From: Tagaea sp.
GTDB taxonomy: Bacteria > Pseudomonadota > Alphaproteobacteria > CACIAM-22H2
Direction: 5' to 3'
DNA length: 64,000 bases
NCBI GenBank assembly: GCA_041917215.1
Contig: JAYRYC010000001.1
Coordinates: 905,605-969,604, forward strand
The stretch's first letter is position 1, and every line of letters starts with the position of its first letter. The notes beneath the pieces were generated by a model that ran no database searches, was not told the DNA's origin, and was given only the letters and a program-made list of their open reading frames with translations. The position numbers and the translations under genes were made by a program. Shown here in pieces: positions 20,749 to 30,384 of the stretch.

Positions 20749-21018
20749 ATGGCTTTCGTCCAGAAAAACCTCAGCGTGCTCGCCTACGCCAACGGCTTCA
20801 CGCTTTGGCACTACACCACGCCCGACACGGCCGCGACGGTCGACACGACGGGCTACTTCAACGCGGCCGCGGACATGCTGCGCCCCGGCGACATGCTGCT
20901 CGCCAACACCTCGACCGGGGGCACCACGGTCAACGGGATCTTCGCGGTCGCGTCGAACGCGAGCGGAATTGTCGATACCGCCGATATGACGCGGTTCGAT
21001 TCCGCCGACACCGACTGA
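20749..21018 (+). CDS. small phage structural protein (possible minor capsid or decoration protein)
   Basis: 89-aa ORF with a GGAAAGGAGA RBS, immediately after the capsid gene. Confidence 0.35.
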   Translation: MAFVQKNLSVLAYANGFTLWHYTTPDTAATVDTTGYFNAAADMLRPGDMLLANTSTGGTTVNGIFAVASNASGIVDTADMTRFDSADTD

Positions 21019-21101
21019 CGCTTGTAACCGCGAAGGGAAGGCGCGCCGGATCCAACCTCCCTGGAACCGGCGCGCCGGACCCGTCGACAGGAGATTCCAA
21101 A

Positions 21102-21671
21102 ATGGCCCTCACGCCCATTGCGCTTTGCTCGCGGGCACTCATCAAGCTCGGCGCCCGGCCGATCGCGTCCTTCGTCGAAGGCACGGTCGAAGCCCAGGTC
21201 GCCGCCGCGCTCTATCCTTCGGTGCGCGACGCGCTGATTTCGGCGCATCCGTGGAGCTTCGCGTCCGCGCAAGCAACGCTGCCGCGTTTGGCGGCCGCGC
21301 CCGTCGCGGATTTGCGCTACGCGCATCAATTGCCCGTCGATTTTCTGCGCGCACTCTCCGTCGGCTCGGGCGCGCGCGGGCGCGGGGCGGAATATCGCAT
21401 CGTCGAATCGACGCTGCAGAGCGATCTCGACGAGGTCGTGCTCTCCTACATCTTCCGGCCCGACGAAAGCGGCTTTCCGCCGTTCTTCGATTCCGCGTTG
21501 ATCGCGTCGCTGGCGGCGGAGTTCTGCCTGCCGATCACCGAAAGCACGTCGCGCTCGGAGCTTCTCTACAAGCTCGCCGACGGCGAGTTCCGCCGCGCGC
21601 GGCTGATCGACGCGCAACAGGACACGCCCGGCCGCGTCGAGGACTTCACGCTGGTGGAGGCGCGCCGATGA
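21102..21671 (+). CDS. putative tail tubular protein A (T7 gp11 position and size)
   Basis: 190 aa (T7 gp11 is 196 aa). Sits between capsid and tubular B. Its stop overlaps the next start (ATGA). Confidence 0.45.
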   Translation: MALTPIALCSRALIKLGARPIASFVEGTVEAQVAAALYPSVRDALISAHPWSFASAQATLPRLAAAPVADLRYAHQLPVDFLRALSVGSGARGRGAEYRIVESTLQSDLDEVVLSYIFRPDESGFPPFFDSALIASLAAEFCLPITESTSRSELLYKLADGEFRRARLIDAQQDTPGRVEDFTLVEARR

Positions 21672-23569
21672 GCCTCGCCCGCACGGTCAAAACCTCCTTC
21701 GCGTCGGGGGAGATCGGCGACGCGATGCTGGGGCGCGTGGACTTACGCGCCTACGAGAACGGGGCGCGCGCCTTGCGCAACGTGTTCGTGCAGCCCACAG
21801 GCGGGGTGCGCCGCCGGCCGGGCCTTGCCTATGTCGGTCCGTTGCCGGGCGAGACGCGCCTCGTGCCGTTCGAGTTCAATACCGAACAAGCCTATCTGCT
21901 CGCCTTCGGCGACCTGACGATGCGCGTCTACAAGGACGGCGTGCTGCAAGCGACGATCGCCACGCCGTGGAATGCGGCGCAACTCGCCCAGCTCGCCTGG
22001 ACGCAGAGTGCCGATACGCTGCTGGTCGTCCATCCCGACGTGGCCCCACGCAAGATCACGCGCCAGTCGCATGCGAGCTGGACGGTCGAGGCGTGGAGCT
22101 ACTTCGAGGACAAGGGCGCCATCCACCAGCCCTTCCATAAATTCGCCGGCGATGCGGTGACGCTGCAACCGAGTGCCACGAGCGGTACGGTCACGCTGAC
22201 CGCGTCGGCGGCGGTTTTCGACGCCGCGCATGTGGGGACACGCATCCGCATCGCGCAGAAGCAAGCGATCGTGACGGCCGTCGCGTCCGCCACATCGGCG
22301 ACCGCGACGGTGCCCGCGGGACAAGGTTTTGCGGACACGGCCGCGAACAAGGATTGGGAGGAGCAGGCCTTCTCCGCCCGTCGCGGCTGGCCGACCAGTG
22401 TCACCTTCCATCAGGACCGCTTGGTGATCGGCGGCTCGCGCGATTTGCCCAATCGCCTGTGGTTGTCGAAATCGGGCGATCTGTTCAATTTCGATCTCGG
22501 CTCGGCGCTCGACGACGAGGCGATCGAATTCGCGCTGCTGTCCGACCAGGTCAACGCGATCCGCGCCGTGTTCTCCGGCCGGCATTTGCAGGTGCTGACC
22601 TCCGGCGCGGAATGGATGGTCACCGGCGATCCGCTCACACCCGAGAACGTCCAGCTCAACCGCCAGACGCGCATCGGCGCGCCGATCGATCGCTATATAA
22701 GGCCGCGCGACGTGGATGGCGCCACGCTGTTCGTCGGGCGCGGCGGCAAGGATCTGCGCGAGTTTTTATTCGCGGAGGCCGAGCAGGCCTACCAATCGAC
22801 GGATCTCGCCTTGCTCGCATCGCATTTGGTGCGCGCACCCGTCGATCTCGATTACGACCCGGACGATCGCCTCGTCCATCTCGTCAACGCCGACGGCACG
22901 CTGGCGACCGTCACCGTCTATCGCGCCGAGCAGGTCACCGCTTGGTCGCTGCAAACGACCGATGGCGCGTTCCGCTCGATCGCGGTCGTGACGGGCGAAT
23001 GCTATTTCGCGATCGAGCGTGGCGGCGTGTGGAGCGTCGAGCGCTTCGACAAGGCGAGTGCGACCGATGCGTGCGTGCGTGGCGTTTCGGTCGCGGGCGA
23101 TCCGCCGCGACTGGAAGGGCTCGGCCATTTGAACGGCCGGACCGTCGACGTGGTGATCGACGGCTTGCCGCTGGGCCAACGCATCGTCGCTTCGGGCGGC
23201 GTCGATCTGCCCGACGAAGCCGATCTCGCCGAAGCTGGCTTGCCGTTCGTGGCGACGATCGAGCCTTTGCCGCCGGGCGGACCCGCCGGCACGCCGCGCT
23301 CCGTGCGTTTGATCGAAGCGTCCTTCCGCTTGCTCGACACCGCGCAGATGCGCGTCGACACGGGCTCGGGCTTCGTCGATGTGCCGTTCCGCGGTTTCGG
23401 CGGGGCGAATGCGTTCGACTCGGCGCCGCGACTTTTCACCGGCGAAAAACGTTTCCGGGCACTCGGCTGGAAACGCGCGGGCGTCGAGCCGCTATGGCGG
23501 GTCGAACTGCCGGCCCCGCTGCCCTTCCAACTTCTTTCCGTAACCCAAGAGATGAAGGTGAACGACTGA
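21668..23569 (+). CDS. putative tail tubular protein B (T7 gp12-like)
   Basis: 633-aa beta-rich protein in the gp12 position. TGATG overlap with the downstream gene. Confidence 0.55.
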   Translation: MSLARTVKTSFASGEIGDAMLGRVDLRAYENGARALRNVFVQPTGGVRRRPGLAYVGPLPGETRLVPFEFNTEQAYLLAFGDLTMRVYKDGVLQATIATPWNAAQLAQLAWTQSADTLLVVHPDVAPRKITRQSHASWTVEAWSYFEDKGAIHQPFHKFAGDAVTLQPSATSGTVTLTASAAVFDAAHVGTRIRIAQKQAIVTAVASATSATATVPAGQGFADTAANKDWEEQAFSARRGWPTSVTFHQDRLVIGGSRDLPNRLWLSKSGDLFNFDLGSALDDEAIEFALLSDQVNAIRAVFSGRHLQVLTSGAEWMVTGDPLTPENVQLNRQTRIGAPIDRYIRPRDVDGATLFVGRGGKDLREFLFAEAEQAYQSTDLALLASHLVRAPVDLDYDPDDRLVHLVNADGTLATVTVYRAEQVTAWSLQTTDGAFRSIAVVTGECYFAIERGGVWSVERFDKASATDACVRGVSVAGDPPRLEGLGHLNGRTVDVVIDGLPLGQRIVASGGVDLPDEADLAEAGLPFVATIEPLPPGGPAGTPRSVRLIEASFRLLDTAQMRVDTGSGFVDVPFRGFGGANAFDSAPRLFTGEKRFRALGWKRAGVEPLWRVELPAPLPFQLLSVTQEMKVND

Positions 23570-24054
23570 TGGGTGCCGCAACCGCCGTAACGCCGTGGCT
23601 CACGGGCGCATCGCTGGGCCTCGGGGCCGTCCAAACCGTCGCCGGTATGGCGCAGGCGAATTCCGCCGCGAAAGCGCAAGCCGACGCGACGCGCGCGCAG
23701 GCCGAACAGCAGCGTCAATTGCTGGAGCGCCAATACGAAACCGAATCGCGCCGGCGCAACGACATCCTGGAACGCGCCCAGGCGCGCGCGCGGGCGTCGT
23801 TCGGATCGCGCGGCCTGTCGCCGACCGATGGCTCGGCGGGCGCCTTGCTCGATTCGATCGAGACGCAAGCCGGGACCGAAGCCGCCGATGCGCGCTCGCT
23901 GTTCGATTGGCGCATGTCCGGCCTCGACGCCGGGCTCGCCGCGTCGTTGCAGCGGATCGATTCGCGCCAGCCCGACCTTCTGTCCGGCGCGCATCGCACG
24001 CTTGGGCAAGTCAACCAGCTTCTGCGCTGGGGCAAGGAAATGAGCCTCTCCTGA
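23569..24054 (+). CDS. phage internal virion or tail-associated protein (gp13/gp14 position)
   Basis: 161 aa, Ala/Gln-rich and helical. Confidence 0.35.
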   Translation: MGAATAVTPWLTGASLGLGAVQTVAGMAQANSAAKAQADATRAQAEQQRQLLERQYETESRRRNDILERAQARARASFGSRGLSPTDGSAGALLDSIETQAGTEAADARSLFDWRMSGLDAGLAASLQRIDSRQPDLLSGAHRTLGQVNQLLRWGKEMSLS

Positions 24055-24065
24055 AAGGAAACACC

Positions 24066-24989
24066 ATGGCTACGCATGTGCAAATCGGCGCGGAAAGCCC
24101 GCGCAAAGACTACATCGCATCGGGCGCGCAGACCGTGTTCGGGTTCGACTTCGCGGTGTTCGAACCCGAGGACGTCGAGGTGCGGGTCGACGGCGCCGTC
24201 GCGGCCGCCGGCTTCACGACAAGCGTCAACGCCGATGGGCGCGGCAATGTCGTGTTCGCGGCGGCACCGGCGGCCGATGCGCGCGTCACGTTGATCCGGC
24301 GCCTGACCATCCGCCGCCAATCCGACTTCCAGGAAGGCGGCGAATTGCGCGCCAAAACGCTGAACGACGAGCTCGATTTCCAGACCGCGTCGATCCAGCA
24401 AGTCGGCTACGAGATCGGCCGCGCGTTGCGCCAGGACGATTCCGATCCCGCCGGAATCGATATGCGCTTGCCGCCCAAAGCGACGCGCGCGGGCCAGATG
24501 CTCGGCTTCGACGCGAGCGGGAAGCCCGTCGCGCTCGCCACGCCCGAAACCGCGCTGGAACTGCCGATCGCCGTGGCGCAAGGCGGCACGGGCGGCACCG
24601 ATGCGGCCGCGGCGCGCGCCAATCTCGGCCTCGGTTCGGCGGCACTGCTCGACGCGGTGCAAGCCTTCACGCGTGCACAGCGTTACGCGCCTGCGACGTT
24701 GACCGATGCGGCGACGATCGCCTGGGATCTCGACGCCGCGCCGATGGCGCGTGTGACGCTCGCGGGCAATCGCACGATGGCGGCACCGTCGAATCAACGC
24801 GACGGCGGCATGTTCGCGTTGACCGCGATCCAGGACGGCACCGGCGGACGCAGCCTTGCCTGGAACGCCGCCTACGATTTCGGCGCCGCCGGCGTGCCGA
24901 CCTTGCCGTCGGGGGCGGGCAAGATCGCGATCTTCGTCTTTCTATCCGACGGCGCCGCGATGCGCTGCGTCGGCCGCTGGAGCAACTGA
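24066..24989 (+). CDS. phage tail fiber/adaptor-like protein
   Basis: 308 aa. IAVAQGGTGGTDAAAARANLGLG resembles the motif common in phage tail-fiber proximal domains. Confidence 0.45.
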   Translation: MATHVQIGAESPRKDYIASGAQTVFGFDFAVFEPEDVEVRVDGAVAAAGFTTSVNADGRGNVVFAAAPAADARVTLIRRLTIRRQSDFQEGGELRAKTLNDELDFQTASIQQVGYEIGRALRQDDSDPAGIDMRLPPKATRAGQMLGFDASGKPVALATPETALELPIAVAQGGTGGTDAAAARANLGLGSAALLDAVQAFTRAQRYAPATLTDAATIAWDLDAAPMARVTLAGNRTMAAPSNQRDGGMFALTAIQDGTGGRSLAWNAAYDFGAAGVPTLPSGAGKIAIFVFLSDGAAMRCVGRWSN

Positions 24990-24990
24990 G

Positions 24991-27390
24991 ATGCTCCCGA
25001 TCCTCCCATCCGGCACGGGCGGCGACTTCGCGATCGCGCGATCCTTGCGCATTCGCGGCACGGCGAATGCCGGTCTCTACCGCGCCGTCGCGACGACGAC
25101 CAACCGGCGGACCTACACCCTGTCGCGCTGGTTCAAGCTCGGCGCGCAAGATCAGGGCTTCGCGCTCTGGCAGGGTTATATCAACGCGTCGAACTGGACG
25201 AGTTTCATCATCCATACGTCCAGCCGCCAATTCTCCTTCGCGCAAGCGGATGGCGGCGTGGGCAACTGGTCGGTGATCTCCACCGCGGCCTTCCGCGACC
25301 CCGGCGCCTGGTATCACCTCGTCATCCAGGTCGATACGACCGACGCGACCGCGGCCAATCGCGTGCGCGCCTGGGTGAACGGCGTCGCGGTCCCGCTATC
25401 GGTGTCGGGCGCGGGATTCCCGTCCTTGAACAAGGACACGCATATCAATGTCGGCGGCGCGCAGCAGGGCTTCGGGTATGAGCCGACGAACTATCTGCTG
25501 CCGAGCGACGGGCATCATGCCGAGATCCACTTCGTCGATGGACAGCTTGCGGCGCCGTCGGCGTTCGGGCGTATCGATCCGGCGACCGGGGTCTGGGTGC
25601 CGATCGCTTACGCGGGCGCGCATGGCGGGGCCAACGGCGCTTTTCACGATTTCCGCGACGCGACCAGCGCGGCGACGCTCGGGCTCGACTATTCGGGCAA
25701 CGGCGCGCATCTGACCGTCGGCGGAGTCGGTGTCGCCGCCGGCGTCGCGTTCGACCAATCGAACGACACCCCGACGAACAACCACGCGACGATCAATCCG
25801 TTGCGTCGGATGCAAGCGACCGGACCCGTGGCGAGCTGGGGCAACGCCCGGTATCGATCCGGCAATGGCAGCTATTATCCGCGCGGTGTCGCCACGCAGC
25901 CCTTCGAGGATGACGCGACCGGCTGGTATTGCGAATTCACTTTGACGACCGCGCATCTCGGCGTCGAAGGTTTCGGCGTCGTCACGGGCGGCGCATATCT
26001 AAACGACGCGAACGCCATTGGCTTTGAGGCGGCCGAGTGGGGCTACCAGGGCAACGGCGCCGCCGGCCGGATCGCCAACAACGGCGTCAACGCTTTCACC
26101 GGTCTCCCGCTTTGGAGTGCCGGCCAAGTCGGGAAAATCGCCTATCGCAACGGCAGCCTTTGGCTTGGCATCGACAATACGTGGTTCAACGCCGGCAATC
26201 CGGGGGCGGGCACCGGCGCCGTCTATACCGGCTTGGCCGGACCGCTGTTCCCGTTGTGCCTGGCCGGATCCACGACGCCCGTCATCGACGCCAATTTCGG
26301 CCAGCGCCCCTTCGCGTACACGCCGCCCGCCGGGTTCAAGGCGCTTAACGCGCGCAACATGTCGGCGCCGCCTATCAAGAACCCGGCGGACTATGTCGAT
26401 GTCGTCAACTACGATGGCAATGGCGGGACGCAAGCGATTTCGTCGCTCCGCTTCCAGCCGGATTTCGTGCGGATCAAGTGCCGGTCGAAGTCGTCGACGT
26501 CGCACGCGATGTTCGACGCCCTTCGCGGCGTTCGTAAGTTTCTTTACGCCGAGACGGGCGGCGTCGAACAAAACTTCACGGCGCCGAATTACGGCGTCGA
26601 TTCCTTCGACGCGAACGGCTTCACCGTCGTCGACGACGCGAACGGATCGAAGAACGTCAACGGCGTCCCGGCGGGAACCTGGGGCGGCAACTACAACGCT
26701 TGGGCCATGAAGCGGGGTGTCGCGCCCGGCTTCGATATCGTGACCTACGCGGGCAACGCGACGGCCGGGCGCGCGGTCGGTCATGCCCTGGGTGCCGTGC
26801 CGCATCTGATGATCGTGAAGGCCCGAAGCGCGGGAACCGATTGGGCGGTCTATCATCGCAACGCGGCGGCGAATGCCCATAACGGCGTGCTGTATCTCAA
26901 CTACACGAACGCTTATCTCGCCTCCGGCGCGACGCTGCAATGGAATCAAACGGCCCCGACCAGCGGCGTCTTCTTCCTCGGCGGCAGCGGGTACAGCGTC
27001 AACAACAGCGGCGAAACCTATGTCGCCTATTTGTGGACCGAGATCCCCGGTTTCAGTCGCATCGGTGCCTATACCGGCAATGGCGGCGCCGACGGGCCGT
27101 TCGTTTGGTGCGGCTTCCGGCCGCGCTTCGTGCTGATCAAGCGCACCGACGGCGCCAACACATGGTGGCTGTACGACACGGCACGCAATCCGTTCAACGT
27201 CGCGAACGCGGTGCTCGGCGCGAATGACGGATCGGCCGAAAGCACCGCCTTCGGCGGCGCGAGCCGCGACATCGACATCCTGTCGAACGGCTTCAAGCTT
27301 CGCACGTCGAACGATCCGAACGGCGGCGGCGGAAACTTCGTCTTCGCCGCCTTCGCCGAGACGCCCTTCAAACACGCCAACGCCCGATAA
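24991..27390 (+). CDS. large glycine-rich tail fiber / receptor-binding-like protein
   Basis: 799 aa with repeated NG/GNG/GxG motifs and a predicted beta-rich fold. Not similar to T7 gp15/gp16. Confidence 0.45.
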   Translation: MLPILPSGTGGDFAIARSLRIRGTANAGLYRAVATTTNRRTYTLSRWFKLGAQDQGFALWQGYINASNWTSFIIHTSSRQFSFAQADGGVGNWSVISTAAFRDPGAWYHLVIQVDTTDATAANRVRAWVNGVAVPLSVSGAGFPSLNKDTHINVGGAQQGFGYEPTNYLLPSDGHHAEIHFVDGQLAAPSAFGRIDPATGVWVPIAYAGAHGGANGAFHDFRDATSAATLGLDYSGNGAHLTVGGVGVAAGVAFDQSNDTPTNNHATINPLRRMQATGPVASWGNARYRSGNGSYYPRGVATQPFEDDATGWYCEFTLTTAHLGVEGFGVVTGGAYLNDANAIGFEAAEWGYQGNGAAGRIANNGVNAFTGLPLWSAGQVGKIAYRNGSLWLGIDNTWFNAGNPGAGTGAVYTGLAGPLFPLCLAGSTTPVIDANFGQRPFAYTPPAGFKALNARNMSAPPIKNPADYVDVVNYDGNGGTQAISSLRFQPDFVRIKCRSKSSTSHAMFDALRGVRKFLYAETGGVEQNFTAPNYGVDSFDANGFTVVDDANGSKNVNGVPAGTWGGNYNAWAMKRGVAPGFDIVTYAGNATAGRAVGHALGAVPHLMIVKARSAGTDWAVYHRNAAANAHNGVLYLNYTNAYLASGATLQWNQTAPTSGVFFLGGSGYSVNNSGETYVAYLWTEIPGFSRIGAYTGNGGADGPFVWCGFRPRFVLIKRTDGANTWWLYDTARNPFNVANAVLGANDGSAESTAFGGASRDIDILSNGFKLRTSNDPNGGGGNFVFAAFAETPFKHANAR

Positions 27391-27401
27391 GGAGAACCGA
27401 C

Positions 27402-27941
27402 ATGCGTTTCCAACTTCCCGATGGCCGGATCGTCGCCCTCGATCAGGCATTCGCCCATGACGGCGTCAACTATCCGGCCGATTGGCTGCGCCGCGCATCG
27501 TCCGCGGATCGCGCCGCGTTGGGCGCGATCGAGCTGGCGCCGCCGCCCGCATTCGACGAACGCTGGTACTTCGCGCCCGGCGAAGCACGGCCGCTCGACG
27601 CGATCAAAGCGACGCGCCTGGCCGAACTCGCGGCGATCCGGTTCGGACACGAAACGGCGGGCGTCTCGGGTTTGCGCAGCGATCGCGAAAGCCAGGCGCT
27701 GCTGACCGGGGCGGCGCTGGCCGCCACGCTCGATCCCGAATACACGGTCGACTGGAAAGGCGAGGGCGGCTGGACGCCCCTCGACGCCGTGCAATTACTG
27801 GCGGCGGCGCAATCCGTGCGCGGCCATGTGCAGGCGTGTTTCTCCAACGAACGCGTTCTCGCCGCCGCGATCGATGCGGCGGCCGATATGGACGCGGTTC
27901 TCGCCGTCGATCTGGGCCAAGGCTGGCCTTCGTCGAACTGA
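27402..27941 (+). CDS. hypothetical phage protein (possible fiber assembly or chaperone)
   Basis: 179-aa ORF directly downstream of the fiber-like gene. Confidence 0.3.
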   Translation: MRFQLPDGRIVALDQAFAHDGVNYPADWLRRASSADRAALGAIELAPPPAFDERWYFAPGEARPLDAIKATRLAELAAIRFGHETAGVSGLRSDRESQALLTGAALAATLDPEYTVDWKGEGGWTPLDAVQLLAAAQSVRGHVQACFSNERVLAAAIDAAADMDAVLAVDLGQGWPSSN

Positions 27942-27951
27942 CGCCACGCCG

Positions 27952-29520
27952 ATGCCCGAACCCAAAACGCGGCGCCGCGCGCCCGCGAAGGCGAAGCCGC
28001 GCCCGCGCGCCAAGAAGCCGGTGGCGGAGATCGTCGTACGGCCCGCGGCCCCCGGCTTCGTCGCCTTCGTCGATGCGTGGAATGCACTCCAGAACCAGAC
28101 GACGCCGTCGCTCCATACCCGCATCGCCGCGTGGCTCGAAGGCAGCCGCGTGGAAAAGCGCGACCGGTTGGTGCTGCTCGCCTTCCGCTCCAGCGGCAAA
28201 TCGACCTTGGTCGGCTTGTTCTGCGCCTGGCTGTTCGCCTGCGATCCCGATCTGCGCGTGCTCGTGCTCGCGGCGACGCATGCGCTCGCCCGCAAGATGG
28301 TGCGCAACGTCAAACGCATCGTCGAGCGGCACCCGGCTTGCGCGGGCCTCAAGCCCGTGAAGACCGAGCAATGGGCGGCCGATCAATTCATCGTCGCGCG
28401 CCAGGCGGAATTGCGCGACCCGTCGATGGTCGCCAAAGGGATGCTCGGCAACGTCACCGGCAGCCGCGCCGATATCGTCATCTGCGACGACGTCGAGGTG
28501 CCCAACAATTGCGACACGGCGGCCAAACGCGAGGATTTGCGCGAACGCTTGCACGAGATCGAATACGTGATCGTGCCCGGCGGCTTGCAGCTTTATATCG
28601 GCACGCCGCACGCGCATGAATCGATCTATGCCGAGGAAACGGGCGACGAAGACGAAGCGCCCGTCTTCCTCGAAGGCTTCGCGCGATTGCGCATTCCTTT
28701 GCTGGACGCCGAAGGCCGCAGCGCCTGGCCCGAACGATTCGACGAAGCCAAAATCTCGGCGATCCGCAAACGGACGGGCCCGCGCAAATTCCAAGCGCAG
28801 ATGATGCTGGAGCCGCTGCCCGAAAACGGCGGGCGGCTCGATCTCGACCGCATGGTCCCGTATGAGGCTTCGCTGGTTTATTCGGAAGCGAACCGCATCC
28901 CGACGCTGACGCTCGACGGCAAGCGCCTGGTCTCGGCGAGCTGCTGGTGGGATCCGTCTTTCGGGAAACCCACGGGCGATCGGTCGGTCGTCGCGGTCGT
29001 GTTCGTCGATGAGACCGGCGGCTATTGGCTGCACGAGATCGCCTATTTGGCCGCGCCCAAGGCGGGGGCGAAGGACACGGACGAAGCCGCGCATTATTGC
29101 CGCCAGGTCGCGGAATTCGCGCGGCGCAATCACGTGCAGCGTTTGCATGTCGAGCAGAACGGGATCGGCGCGTTCCTGCCGGGTTTGCTGCGCAAGGCGA
29201 TGGCGGAAGCGGAAGTGGCGTGCGCCGTCACACCCGTGCATACGCGCCGCTCCAAAGACGCGCGCATTCTCGATGCGTTCGACGCGCGCCTCGCCGCGCG
29301 CGCGTTGCGCGCCCATCGCTCGGTCTGGGCGTCGCCCTTCGCGGTCGAGATGCGCGAATGGCGGCCGGGCGGGGGCGGGCGCGACGACGGGCTCGATGCG
29401 GTCGCGGGTTGTTTGCTGTCCGAGCCCGTTCGCTTCGGTCCGCCGGAAAGCACCGCCAAACGCAAGGATTGGCGCCCGGGCACGGCCGGCCATGCGGCCA
29501 AAACCGAATTCGAACCATAG
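27952..29520 (+). CDS. phage terminase large subunit (T7 gp19-like DNA maturase B)
   Basis: Walker A (AFRSSGKSTLVG), an ATPase plus RNaseH-like nuclease arrangement, ~520 aa. Located after the fiber genes, as in T7. Confidence 0.75.
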   Translation: MPEPKTRRRAPAKAKPRPRAKKPVAEIVVRPAAPGFVAFVDAWNALQNQTTPSLHTRIAAWLEGSRVEKRDRLVLLAFRSSGKSTLVGLFCAWLFACDPDLRVLVLAATHALARKMVRNVKRIVERHPACAGLKPVKTEQWAADQFIVARQAELRDPSMVAKGMLGNVTGSRADIVICDDVEVPNNCDTAAKREDLRERLHEIEYVIVPGGLQLYIGTPHAHESIYAEETGDEDEAPVFLEGFARLRIPLLDAEGRSAWPERFDEAKISAIRKRTGPRKFQAQMMLEPLPENGGRLDLDRMVPYEASLVYSEANRIPTLTLDGKRLVSASCWWDPSFGKPTGDRSVVAVVFVDETGGYWLHEIAYLAAPKAGAKDTDEAAHYCRQVAEFARRNHVQRLHVEQNGIGAFLPGLLRKAMAEAEVACAVTPVHTRRSKDARILDAFDARLAARALRAHRSVWASPFAVEMREWRPGGGGRDDGLDAVAGCLLSEPVRFGPPESTAKRKDWRPGTAGHAAKTEFEP

Positions 29521-29536
29521 AGAAGGAGTGCGCGCG

Positions 29537-29830
29537 ATGCCGGCGATGGAATTCCCGCCCGACATGTTGTTGGGCGCCGCGACCAACACTTCGGCGCTCG
29601 GCGCCATGGTGTGGCTCGTCTGGCGCCATCGGCGCGACGCCGAACAGGCGATCGACGCCGCGCGCCGCGTCGCGTCGGAAGAAGCGCGCGAACTGCGCGA
29701 AGCGCTCGCCGATTTCAAATTGCAGGTCGCGCGCGGCTACGCGTCGATTGGCTATCTGAAGGACGTCGAGAACCGGCTCACGCGCCATTTGCTGCGCATC
29801 GAGGCGAAGCTCGACGGAGCCCAACCATGA
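29537..29830 (+). CDS. small single-TM protein (holin or i-spanin candidate)
   Basis: 97 aa with an N-terminal TM helix (LLGAATNTSALGAMVWLVW) followed by a coiled coil. Confidence 0.4.
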   Translation: MPAMEFPPDMLLGAATNTSALGAMVWLVWRHRRDAEQAIDAARRVASEEARELREALADFKLQVARGYASIGYLKDVENRLTRHLLRIEAKLDGAQP

Positions 29831-30381
29831 TCCCCGCCTTGTTGCTGCAAGCGGGCGTACCGTTGCTGGCGCGCTGGCTCGGCCAAGCCTTGGGCGGGAT
29901 CGAGCATCCGGCCGCGAAGGCGGCGTCCAAAGCCTTGGGCGAGGTCGGCGAGGCGATCGCGGCCGAGCGTATCGATCCCGAACAGCTGGCGGCAGCACAG
30001 CGCCATCTCGAGGAAATGGCGAAGATCGACGGCGAGAATTATCGCGCGACCTTGGCCGAGGTGAACGCGACCGCGCGCGTCGAAGCGCAAAGCGACGATC
30101 CCTATGTGCGCCGCATGCGCCCGACCTTTGGCTACGTCATGGCGATTACGTGGGCCGCACAGATGATCGCCGTCGCCTGGTCGATCGTGACCGCGCCGAA
30201 GGACGCGGCGCAGGTGGTCGAAGCGTTGGGCGCCTTGTCGCTGATTTGGTCGGTCGGGCTCTCGGTGCTCGGCGTCTATGTCTACAAGCGCTCGGCCGAC
30301 AAAGCCGTATCTGCAGGTCTGCCGCCGCCGGCCGCCGCGATCGCGACGATCGCCAAAATTCTCAAACCCCGGAAAGGATAG
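29827..30381 (+). CDS. putative 3-TM holin (gene-transfer-release type holin family)
   Basis: 184 aa. Soluble helical middle region, C-terminal TM helices, and a terminal basic tail (YVYKRSADK..KPRKG). Architecture resembles PF11351-type holins. ATGA overlap with the upstream gene. Confidence 0.4.
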   Translation: MIPALLLQAGVPLLARWLGQALGGIEHPAAKAASKALGEVGEAIAAERIDPEQLAAAQRHLEEMAKIDGENYRATLAEVNATARVEAQSDDPYVRRMRPTFGYVMAITWAAQMIAVAWSIVTAPKDAAQVVEALGALSLIWSVGLSVLGVYVYKRSADKAVSAGLPPPAAAIATIAKILKPRKG

Positions 30382-30384
30382 ACC

